NCBI GenBank assembly: GCA_964644695.1
Contig: CAZXWN010000013.1
Span: 1-64,000, forward strand
Length of the DNA stretch: 64,000 nt
Direction: 5' to 3'
Source of the DNA: an uncultured bacterium
GTDB taxonomy: Bacteria > UBP4 > UBA4092
Under the pieces are notes generated by a model. The model had not been told where the DNA came from, searched no databases, and saw only the letters and a program-made list of their open reading frames with translations. Positions 1 to 9,154 of this stretch are shown in pieces. How positions within the stretch are numbered: the first letter of the stretch is position 1; every line of letters starts with the position of its first letter. A program made the translations under genes and the position numbers.

Positions 1-51
1 GCCTATAACCCGTAAGGGATTATCTTCTTATATATAGATTGGGGTATATGT

Positions 52-934
52 ATGGATAATCGTTTTGGTGGTGAATGGTCTAATATTAAACTTAATATCG
101 TTGAAAAGTATCTAAATTTTTATACACAAGCTTTAGGTAAACAGCCTTATAGATTAATTTATATTGACGCATTTGCAGGAAGTGGTAAACAACAAGTCTG
201 TGATGTAAGCGCTGCCGACCTTTTTCCTGAATATGAAACCAATTCTACAATTGACGGTTCAGTATTGCGAGCTTTAAGGAATCCAAGACCTTTTGATAAA
301 TACTATTTCATTGATAATGATAAGGAAAAATGTGATGAATTATTAAAGCTAAACGAACGATTTCCAGCGCTTGATATCTCAGTTAAGTGCGGAGATGCAA
401 ATAGCTTACTACAAAACATCTGTGCTAACTTAAATTCATATAAAGATAGATGTGTTGCTTTTTTAGATCCCTTTGGACTTGATATACCACTAGACACTCT
501 AAAATGTATTTCTGCTACAAAAGTTGTCGATGTGTGGTTTCTTTTTCCCATTGGGGTTGGTGTCAACAGGCTGATACCTAATGATGGGAATAAATTACTA
601 CAATGGCAAATCGACAAATTAAATTGTATATTTGGTTCATCTGACTGGATAGATATATTTTATTCGAAGGAATCTTCAGATACTTTACTTTTTCCAGAAG
701 ATGCAGATTCTTCGCTAAAAAATAGTTTTATAAAAAATGTAAATATAGAGGGGATAAATAATTACTATCTTTCCAAGTTGCGAGGAGTCTTTCCCGCAGT
801 AACAGATAAACCAAAACCTTTAATAAACAGCACAAATGTTACTTTATTTTATCTATATTTTGCAATAAGTAATGAGAAGCCAAAGGCTATAAATTTAGCA
901 ATGAAAGTTGCGAACGACATAATTGAGAGGTCTA

Positions 935-945
<11 letters not shown>
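52..945 (+). CDS. tcmP: Three-Cys-motif partner protein (TcmP family, SAM-methyltransferase-like)
   Basis: N-terminal FGGxWSxxKL, YIDAFAGSG, GDAN and FLDPFG motifs; directly upstream of and overlapping a DUF5131 gene; AT-rich. Confidence 0.88.
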
Positions 946-1645
<700 letters not shown>

Positions 1646-1790
1646 CCACACAAAATATTACCGAATCCTTTTATATTTAGAGCAGATTTAAATAGTGAAC
1701 GACGGGTTTACGGAGGAGTTCACGGGGATGGGGTGCCGGGTAGAAATTCAAAGTAATCACCTGAAACAGGATGACCATGTGAGGGTCGTA

Positions 1791-1813
1791 CCCGATTCGT
1801 ATCTGGTTCGTTT
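1791..1813 (+). repeat. Dispersed 22-bp intergenic motif, copy 1 (CCCGATTCGTATCTGGTTCGTTT)
   Basis: Near-identical to 12704-12725(-), 25853-25874(-), 32673-32694(+), 49391-49413(+). Confidence 0.8.
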
Positions 1814-1857
1814 CAGGAAACGGAGTGGACACTCATGTCAAGATGTGAGGGTGGGGG

Positions 1858-2388
1858 ATAGGTCCAATAGGTCTTATAGGTCCTATGAGTCCGATAGGAA
1901 TAGGCCAGGAAAGATGTCCGGGATTGGAAGGGCTAACCACCCCCCGGCTTCGCCGGACCCCTCCTTGAAAAGGCGGGGAGCCTAAGAGCAGACCAAGGGC
2001 AAGGTAAGGACTAAGTGGGGGGAGAGTAAGAACAGAGCAAGGGCAAGGGAAGGGCAACGAGACTCATGGGACTTATGGGACCCATAGGTCATATAGGACC
2101 TATAACTAACCACACTTTATACCACTCCTATCGTAGATTAACTTCGAGCTGGTTTGAAACTCCCCGCCTTTTCAAGGCGGGGGGGACCATGAAATGGTGG
2201 GGCGGTTAGCTTTTGACCTTTTCCCTTGACCTTGAGTAAAGCGTATCAGTGCTGTTGCGGAAGATCAAGAACTAACCACCCCCCGGCTTCGCCGGACCCC
2301 TCCTTGAAAAGTAGGGGAGCCAAGTACAAGACCAAGGGCAACGAGATTCATAGGACTTATGGGACCCATAGGTCATAGAGGACCTATA
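1858..2388. repeat. Composite repeat cluster 1: 9-bp periodic arrays (ATRGGTCYN) plus three ~50-bp double-hairpin elements
   Basis: Arrays at 1858-1898 (+), 2061-2104 (-), 2345-2388 (-); hairpin elements at 1932-1981 (+), 2160-2210 (-), 2271-2320 (+); same elements recur at 45831-46185. Confidence 0.9.
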
Positions 2389-2421
2389 AAAATATTGGAG
2401 TTGTCCTATAATGTTTACCAT

Positions 2422-2988
2422 ATGTTAAATCATGATGATACTCGGATATCCCCACCACACGCCGTTTGCAGTCACTGCGGGAGTACCTTGTTACCAGATT
2501 CCCATTACTGCAGCCTGTGCGGGGAAACCGTCAAATCTATCGAAGAACCCCCGGTTACCGTATCCGTGAGTACACCTCCGGTCATTGAAGAATCCCTCCC
2601 GGAACCTCCCGACGAATCCACTCCTGACTGGGAAGAAACAGAGGTTGATGACCCGATCGATGAGACACCGGAACCGATAGACACAAATAGACTTTCCAAG
2701 TTGGCAAAGATGCCTCTGATTTTTGGTATAAACATGTCCACAGCAGCTATGTTTCTTTTATTTGTGACTATTTCCAACGATGCGCTCCCCCCTCAAGAAT
2801 TGGTGCTTGTATGGACTCTTATGGGGTTGTTGCCGATTGTCCTTGGAGTCATTTCCCTGCATCGAATCAAAAAAGGCCGGTCTTCTCTCAAAGGAAAGAA
2901 GTTCGCTGTTGCCGGCATCATCCTGGGTACACTGGCTATCATCACAGGATATTGTAACTACCTCAAATTGATTTCACTCATTTACTAA
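2422..2988 (+). CDS. Zinc-ribbon + DUF4190-like membrane protein
   Basis: CSHC..CSLC zinc ribbon, Pro/Glu-rich linker, hydrophobic C-terminus with GKKFAVAGIILG; start moved to ATG 2422 because the upstream extension lies in the repeat. Confidence 0.75.
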   Translation: MLNHDDTRISPPHAVCSHCGSTLLPDSHYCSLCGETVKSIEEPPVTVSVSTPPVIEESLPEPPDESTPDWEETEVDDPIDETPEPIDTNRLSKLAKMPLIFGINMSTAAMFLLFVTISNDALPPQELVLVWTLMGLLPIVLGVISLHRIKKGRSSLKGKKFAVAGIILGTLAIITGYCNYLKLISLIY

Positions 2989-2993
2989 TTATT

Positions 2994-3596
2994 ATGGAGC
3001 TCGTAAAAATGAATCTTGAGATACGAAAACTGACCCCCGACTTATTGGAAGATTATCTACACTTTTTTGAGACAGACGCGCATGCCGATAATAAAGAGGA
3101 AGACCGTTGTTATTGCGTGTGCTGGTGCCGTGAGGACCATCGGGTGGGGACAGACTTTTCCTCTCCGGAAAAAAGGAGAGATTTAGCCGCACTCTATATC
3201 AACCGGGGTACCTTGCAGGGCTATCTGGCATATTATGAGGGGAAGGTCGTGGGGTGGTGTAATACAAATACAAAATCCGACTGTCTGAATTGTATCAGCT
3301 GGCTGCGTTTCATGACTTCCGTAAAAACAACCCCGGATATAAAAGTAAAATCCATTTATTGCTTCACGATTGCGCCCACCCTGAAAAGAAAGGGTATCGC
3401 CACCGCATTATTAGCGCGTGTTTGTAAGGACGCCGCCGATGAGGGGTTTGATATTGTTGAGGCTTATCCGAACAAGGAGTTCATTAATCCCTTCCGGGAT
3501 TTCATGGGACCTCTGGAAATGTACAAAAGAAATGGTTTTATCGTGCAGGAGGAAATGGAAAATATCTTCGTCGTACGGAAACCCTTGAAGGTATAA
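2994..3596 (+). CDS. GNAT family N-acetyltransferase
   Basis: CYCVCW, VVGWCN, CFTIAP..KRKGIATALL acetyl-CoA motif, VEAYP; start may be ATG 3009. Confidence 0.88.
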   Translation: MELVKMNLEIRKLTPDLLEDYLHFFETDAHADNKEEDRCYCVCWCREDHRVGTDFSSPEKRRDLAALYINRGTLQGYLAYYEGKVVGWCNTNTKSDCLNCISWLRFMTSVKTTPDIKVKSIYCFTIAPTLKRKGIATALLARVCKDAADEGFDIVEAYPNKEFINPFRDFMGPLEMYKRNGFIVQEEMENIFVVRKPLKV

Positions 3597-3691
3597 AAGG
3601 GATTTCATCCGTGTTGTGTCCGGAAACGAAATGAGTCAGGAGGTCAGTTGATTTTCTGAAGTGAGAAAAAGTGTCTTATAATGGTAGTATT

Positions 3692-4246
3692 ATGCCGAAT
3701 CAAGATGATGCTCAGATAAATCCGTCACCCTCCATTTGTATCAAGTGTGGAAGTACCTTATTACCGGATTCCCATTACTGCAGCCTGTGCGGGGAACCTG
3801 TGAAACCTTTGGCGGAAGTACCTCTCACATCCCCCGTCACTGAAAAACCAGTGATGGAAGAGTCATCCCCTTCGGCATCCACTGAATCCACCCCTGAACC
3901 CATACAACCTGTGACTCAAAACCAGGGATATGTCCCGCCGCCTCCGGTGTATAAAAGTGAACCCTCCACAATGGCAAAGGCGGCCCTCATCACCGGGATA
4001 GTTTCCCTGTTTTGTTGTGTAGTCCCTGGGATATTACCGGTTATTTTGGGAATTGTAGAACTGCAGCAAATCGACAAAGGACATTCCTCCCCTGCGGGGA
4101 AATCTTACGCCCTCACTGGAATTGTCCTGGGTGTCGTATCTATCATTATGCATTTTGCCTCTTACTTTTTTTTAATGAGTTTGCCGCATGTGTTGGAAAA
4201 CCTGTTCAAACACTCTCCTGTTCATCCACCGTCTAACTGGGTATAG
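3692..4246 (+). CDS. Zinc-ribbon + DUF4190 membrane protein (paralog of 2422-2988)
   Basis: CIKC..CSLC, MAKAALITGIVS..CC, GKSYALTGIVLG; 45-bp stretch 43/45 identical to the paralog. Confidence 0.8.
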   Translation: MPNQDDAQINPSPSICIKCGSTLLPDSHYCSLCGEPVKPLAEVPLTSPVTEKPVMEESSPSASTESTPEPIQPVTQNQGYVPPPPVYKSEPSTMAKAALITGIVSLFCCVVPGILPVILGIVELQQIDKGHSSPAGKSYALTGIVLGVVSIIMHFASYFFLMSLPHVLENLFKHSPVHPPSNWV

Positions 4247-4252
4247 ACAGGG

Positions 4253-5260
4253 TTATTCGTAAGTGGTCGTTCCCGAAACTAATTGTTGATTTACCTCATC
4301 CCAGGCCCAGGATATCTTATATCCCGCCAGGTAAACGCCACCGCGCCAGGTATCCACACCGTTTAAGCGGTGAACTCCATATTCACCTTTGAGGATGTCC
4401 CGTCCAAGATTGGTCAAATCAACCCGCATTTTCCAAAATTCCGGGTCGTTCGGCCGCCACTGGGATTCCGGTCCAGAGATAGTGAGTGGAGGATGGGGAA
4501 GCCTTGCCAAGTCAATCAAGACAGTTGCCCAGGCCGTATCCCCCCAGAATACATAGCGTTCACGACTGGAGGACCGCATGAATAATTCATGGACCGTCAG
4601 TCCCGGATGTTCCCCTGCTTCCTCCATCAGGAACCGCTGCGACATGCTGAGTCCGTCTTCTATCCCGGGAAATTCCTGTAAATGCCGAAGAACCGCCTCA
4701 TCCAGATAGGGCAAACAATGAGTATCCTCATTCATGAGTTTTACCCAATCACTCGGGTCCGGGTTAGTAAAGGCCTCCCAGGCCCTCCGGCCCAAATCCA
4801 GCTGGGCATCCGTCACCGGATCTCGTTCTTCGTATAAATCAAGGGTCTGTTCCTTATTCAACTGACCCAACCCGCGGAAATTGGAGATATCCGGATGATG
4901 ACCGATACATATTAAGGATAATTTTCCCGGACGATTCTCCGGACTTGAGAAGAAATGTAATAATCGAATCAACATCAACTGGTCATATAAGTCATGTTCA
5001 AACCACATAATGACTTCATCATCCTGGGCGGCTTCACTCAGTCGTGCTTCAAACCCCAACATATCAAATTTGATGTTTTCATAAGACCCCAACCCGGCCC
5101 GCGCCATCCATGTGGCCCGTGCCATCGCCAGGTCATAAGTACTCCCGGTCCATTGTATGGGTCCAATATTTAAGACCTCCCGATATACCAGAATTTCTCC
5201 TGGCAATCCCGTCTCACCCAATACATTGGCAAAACTATCACCATTTACAATATGAAGCAT
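4253..5260 (-). CDS. DUF1835 domain-containing protein
   Basis: MLHIVNGDS, REVLNIGP, WFEHDLYDQL, GLGQL, DTWRGGV motifs. Confidence 0.82.
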   Translation of the reverse strand: MLHIVNGDSFANVLGETGLPGEILVYREVLNIGPIQWTGSTYDLAMARATWMARAGLGSYENIKFDMLGFEARLSEAAQDDEVIMWFEHDLYDQLMLIRLLHFFSSPENRPGKLSLICIGHHPDISNFRGLGQLNKEQTLDLYEERDPVTDAQLDLGRRAWEAFTNPDPSDWVKLMNEDTHCLPYLDEAVLRHLQEFPGIEDGLSMSQRFLMEEAGEHPGLTVHELFMRSSSRERYVFWGDTAWATVLIDLARLPHPPLTISGPESQWRPNDPEFWKMRVDLTNLGRDILKGEYGVHRLNGVDTWRGGVYLAGYKISWAWDEVNQQLVSGTTTYE

Positions 5261-5420
5261 GACTAAACCCTCGCTCTTTAGATATTGTGTGCCCATATAA
5301 CGTAGTTTGGGCTATCTTAACATATTCTTTCAACAGAAAAACAACATCTTACTCAAAGAATTGTTTCGGGGCTCCGTGACTCCCGTTATAATGGAAAGAT
5401 TCTATAAAAAGGACTTCAAC

Positions 5421-6008
5421 ATGACTTCAAATCAGATAAAAACCTTGTGTGTTTATTGTTCGTCTTCGGATGCGGTTGCTCCCGATTATTTCCAGGTGGC
5501 AACGGAATTAGGGACTCAGATGGGACAGCAGGGGTTCCGTCTGGTTTATGGGGGAGCCCGGATTGGACTCATGGGAACTGTCGCCCGGGCTGTGACCGAA
5601 TCTGGAGGGTCCGTGACCGGGATTATGCCGGAGAAGATCCACCAGTTCGGGATATCCTATGAACCGGCGGATGAGTTCCTGGTGACTCCCGATATGAGAC
5701 ATCGAAAGGCGGAAATGGAACGGCGGGCGGATGCTTTTATCGCATTGCCCGGAGGATTCGGGACTTTGGAAGAAATTATGGAAGTCCTTACCCTCAAACA
5801 GCTCCGCTATCATGCTAAACCTATTATCTTCCTGAATACGAATGGGTTCTATGATAAATTGTACGATTTTATGGAACATATCTACTCCGAGAAATTCGCC
5901 AAATCGGAGTACCGGAACCTTTATTATTCAGCGGCGGATGTCCCGTCTGTGTTTGCCTATCTGGAGAATTATGACCCCACCCCCGTTGCGGATAAATGGT
6001 TTAAGTAA
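5421..6008 (+). CDS. LOG family protein (TIGR00730-type nucleotide monophosphate nucleosidase)
   Basis: CVYCSSS, LVYGG..GLMG, MRHRK, ALPGGFGTLEE. Confidence 0.92.
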   Translation: MTSNQIKTLCVYCSSSDAVAPDYFQVATELGTQMGQQGFRLVYGGARIGLMGTVARAVTESGGSVTGIMPEKIHQFGISYEPADEFLVTPDMRHRKAEMERRADAFIALPGGFGTLEEIMEVLTLKQLRYHAKPIIFLNTNGFYDKLYDFMEHIYSEKFAKSEYRNLYYSAADVPSVFAYLENYDPTPVADKWFK

Positions 6009-6089
6009 TAAGACAGAATCGATAAACCATCGGGGCTGTTTCGAGTTATTATCTATTATTGATTTTTTACTGTGTAAGGAGATTCCGAT

Positions 6090-8555
6090 ATGAAACGAAT
6101 AACAGGATATTTGCTGGCTGGAGTATTGCTGGCCACCGTTGCTACGGCCGGCCCAACTACCGAAGCCCGAAAAGGGGAAGAACGATATAAGAATGATCCC
6201 TATGCCATGCGGGCACTAAACACCAATTTTGAAGAATTCCCGGATTCCTCCCTCGTGGATTTCAGTTATCTGTTGGACCCGCCTGCCGGAAAATATGGAA
6301 AAGTGTATGTGGGCCAGGACGGACATTTCTATTTCACGAAAAACCGGCAGCGGACACGATTCTGGGGTGTGACGGTCGCCGCCTCCAATGTCGATGTTCC
6401 GAAATCTCGAATCAAAGAAGCTGTCGATGCCATGAGCCGTGCCGGATGTAATCTTCTTCGGCTGCATGAGCTGGATAATCGCGGCGGAGAACAATACAAT
6501 CTCGTCCGCCGGAACATCATTGATGAAGCCTATCCGAACAACACTAACTCCCGAGCCTTTGATGCCGAATACCGGGACCGGGTGGATTACTGGATCAAGT
6601 GTGCGCAGGACCGCGGGATGTATGTTTATCTCGTCGTTCGGGGATACAGGACATTCCGTGAAGGAGATGGTGTACCCAATGCGGATAAACTCGGTCGGTC
6701 CGCCAAACCCTATGCCTTCTTTAATCGCCGCTTAATCGACCTTCAGAAAGAGTATGCGGATGAGTGGCTCATTAAACATGTGAATCCCTACACAAAACAA
6801 CCCAATGGACTAAATCCTGCCGTCGCTCTTATTGAGATTGAGAATGAGGACTCCCTGTTTTTTGATGCGGCGGAGTGGAATAATCTTGTCGAACCCTATA
6901 AAACGGAGTTTCAGGGATTATGGAATGACTGGTTACTCAAGAAATACAAAACCACCGAGGCTCTGAAACAAGCCTGGACGAATGACAAGGGACAGTGTGC
7001 CTTATCCGCTGAAGAATCTCTCGAGAAAAAGAATATCCTCCTTCCGGAAATGCCCCAGCGTCAGCCGGAGAATGTTATCCTTGCCGATTACAGCGACCCG
7101 AAAAAATCTCCAGTCCGATGTAATGATGGAGCTCGGTTTGGTGTGGATATCCAGCGCGCTTATTTCAAAGAGATGCGGGACTTCATCCGGTCCAAGGGAT
7201 GTACCGTCCCAATGACGGCCGTTGTAAATGCGGGGATTACTCCGGACACCTGGTCTGTTGCCAAGGAACTGGATTTTGTCGGTGAAAATGCTTATCAAGA
7301 CCATCCGGCATTTGAACCCGGTTCCACCTGGGTGGGAGTGTCCATGTTCTCCAATAAAAACTATCTGGCGGAAGTGGGCAACTGGTCAATGATGAACCAC
7401 ATGACAGGATACAAGTGGGCAAATGTCCCCCTGGTCTGTCGGGAGTGGGCGACCTGCTGGCCCAATAAATTCCGGGTATCCAGCGTGCTCGATATTGCCG
7501 CTTACAGCAGCTTAAACGATTATGATGGATTGATTTATTTCTGTTATGACACCTTCGGAAATAATAAAATCAGTGAGACTTTCGGATTACAGGCGGACCC
7601 GCTCCGCTGGGGCATCATGGGTTATGGAGCCAAGCTGTTCCTCCAGGGCGATATTAAACCCGGTAAGACTTTAGTCGAGCTGGCTTATACCGAAGATGAC
7701 CTTTACACCTGGGGCAGTTACTATAACTCCCTGAAGTCGCTGGCCTGGACACACAGAGTACAGAATGCTCTTGTGGACCCGGAGAACCCTTCGAAAGCAG
7801 AAATCCAGATCCCCATGATGCGTGCGGATACGGCGAAGAAGGGACGCTGGGCAAAATCCTATGAGGATGTTATGAAAGAAGTCCGCAGTGTGGATTCAAC
7901 GGGAATCCTCAAAGCTGAAGGCGGCCAGTTGTTCAAAGATACAAAAAATGGATATGCGCTCATCAACACCTCCACTTTTCAGGCTGTTCAGGGTGAGCTG
8001 ACACCTTATCAACCTTACAAATGTAACAACCTGCAGGTTATTTCCTCTTCGTCAGTAGCGGCGGTCATTGCTGCTTCTCTGGATGGAAAACCCCTGGCCG
8101 ATTCCCGGCATTTCTCGGTGAAGATGGCGACCGTTGCTGTGAACCGTGGGGAACGGTTGGATGCCATGACCACCGGGAATAGTATTGGTAAATATGCCCT
8201 GGTCAATCTCGGTGCGCCTCCCGTCCAAACCCTCGGTGTTCCAGCAGAAAAACCAACCCAGATTATCCTCCATGGGCAAGTCCTGGCGGAAGTGTTCATG
8301 ACTAATGGAACCTGGGAACTGGAATTCGATGCCGATAAACAGGAAGTGAAAGTGTTCTGTGATACTCAGAATACGAAAATGAAACTTCCCTTTGTCACCG
8401 CCGCCGGATGGACCATGCAGCCGATACCCTATGAATATTCACCGGCAAAGCCCACCGACCTCAAAGGCCCCGATTTTGTGTATCCGGGATTTGCCAAATA
8501 TGTCCTGCTGAAGGACCATCGGAAAGTCGAAAAGAAAAAAGAACCTAAGAAATAG
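6090..8555 (+). CDS. Secreted clan GH-A (GH5/GH42-like) glycoside hydrolase
   Basis: Signal peptide; RFWGV, GCNLLRLH, HVNPYT, EIENEDS acid/base motif, AYQDHP, REW nucleophile region. Confidence 0.72.
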   Translation: MKRITGYLLAGVLLATVATAGPTTEARKGEERYKNDPYAMRALNTNFEEFPDSSLVDFSYLLDPPAGKYGKVYVGQDGHFYFTKNRQRTRFWGVTVAASNVDVPKSRIKEAVDAMSRAGCNLLRLHELDNRGGEQYNLVRRNIIDEAYPNNTNSRAFDAEYRDRVDYWIKCAQDRGMYVYLVVRGYRTFREGDGVPNADKLGRSAKPYAFFNRRLIDLQKEYADEWLIKHVNPYTKQPNGLNPAVALIEIENEDSLFFDAAEWNNLVEPYKTEFQGLWNDWLLKKYKTTEALKQAWTNDKGQCALSAEESLEKKNILLPEMPQRQPENVILADYSDPKKSPVRCNDGARFGVDIQRAYFKEMRDFIRSKGCTVPMTAVVNAGITPDTWSVAKELDFVGENAYQDHPAFEPGSTWVGVSMFSNKNYLAEVGNWSMMNHMTGYKWANVPLVCREWATCWPNKFRVSSVLDIAAYSSLNDYDGLIYFCYDTFGNNKISETFGLQADPLRWGIMGYGAKLFLQGDIKPGKTLVELAYTEDDLYTWGSYYNSLKSLAWTHRVQNALVDPENPSKAEIQIPMMRADTAKKGRWAKSYEDVMKEVRSVDSTGILKAEGGQLFKDTKNGYALINTSTFQAVQGELTPYQPYKCNNLQVISSSSVAAVIAASLDGKPLADSRHFSVKMATVAVNRGERLDAMTTGNSIGKYALVNLGAPPVQTLGVPAEKPTQIILHGQVLAEVFMTNGTWELEFDADKQEVKVFCDTQNTKMKLPFVTAAGWTMQPIPYEYSPAKPTDLKGPDFVYPGFAKYVLLKDHRKVEKKKEPKK

Positions 8556-8574
8556 TCCCAACATCCAGAAACAA

Positions 8575-8615
8575 AAAACCGGCAAGTTCACATCGAACCT
8601 GCCGGTTTTCTTTTT
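8575..8615. terminator. Bidirectional intrinsic terminator
   Basis: AAAACCGGCA..TGCCGGTTTT hairpin between convergent genes. Confidence 0.8.
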
Positions 8616-8620
8616 ATCAA

Positions 8621-9154
8621 TTATTGCTTTGTGAACCAGAATCCATCCAGTGCTAATCGGGGTTTGATACGAAGAGCCACCGGTTCCAATCCCCTGTTGG
8701 TTGAGGCATCCCCGATGACCAGTAAGGATTGGCTGTAAGGGATTTCCTGGTAATTCTGGAATTTGATTTGATAGACAAAATCATCCTCCGGAAAATCCAT
8801 CTGAATTGTCCAGACGGGAAGTCCATTAACTCCCCGGAGGGATACTGTCGGTGCCGGATGTTCACCATCCCGTTTATACACTAATAAAGATAATCCTTTT
8901 GGCAAGGGGAATGTTTTCTCTGGCCCATGATTGTGTAACAGGGCCGGAGTCCCTGTAAATGGGCCTCGGACATACTCGGACGGCAATTCAATCAACCGGC
9001 CGGACATCTTCTTCACATAGAAATAACGGAAACCGCCGCCAATCAATCCAATGACCAAACATACACCGAGCAGAAATAAAAGGAACCGGCCTCCTTTACG
9101 AGGCCGGCGGATTTTCTGTTCGTTTAAATAAGGGTTTGGATAATTATTCTTCAT
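8621..9154 (-). CDS. Hypothetical single-pass membrane protein
   Basis: Basic N-terminus plus one TM helix; 4-bp overlap with upstream gene. Confidence 0.65.
   Translation of the reverse strand: MKNNYPNPYLNEQKIRRPRKGGRFLLFLLGVCLVIGLIGGGFRYFYVKKMSGRLIELPSEYVRGPFTGTPALLHNHGPEKTFPLPKGLSLLVYKRDGEHPAPTVSLRGVNGLPVWTIQMDFPEDDFVYQIKFQNYQEIPYSQSLLVIGDASTNRGLEPVALRIKPRLALDGFWFTKQ

Noticed and set aside
1695-2057. ORFs 1695-1985(+) and 1833-2057(-)
   Set aside because: They are translations of the 9-bp repeats (RSYRSY / IGPIRPIGP); likely spurious.
2104-2211. Integron attC site (CTAAC...GTTAGC ends)
   Set aside because: The ends derive from the B repeat, internal complementarity is poor, it does not follow a cassette ORF, and no integrase is in the window.
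1858-2388. CRISPR array interpretation of the repeat clusters (also 45831-46185)
   Set aside because: Repeats occur in both orientations, spacing is irregular, intervening sequences are related to each other rather than unique spacers, and no cas genes are present.
2359-2421. N-terminal extension of the 2359 ORF
   Set aside because: Lies in the repeat array; the paralog comparison supports ATG 2422.
4256-4272. Sixth copy of the 22-bp motif (ATTCGTAAGTGGTCGTT)
   Set aside because: Wrong spacing, several mismatches and inside a CDS; probably chance.
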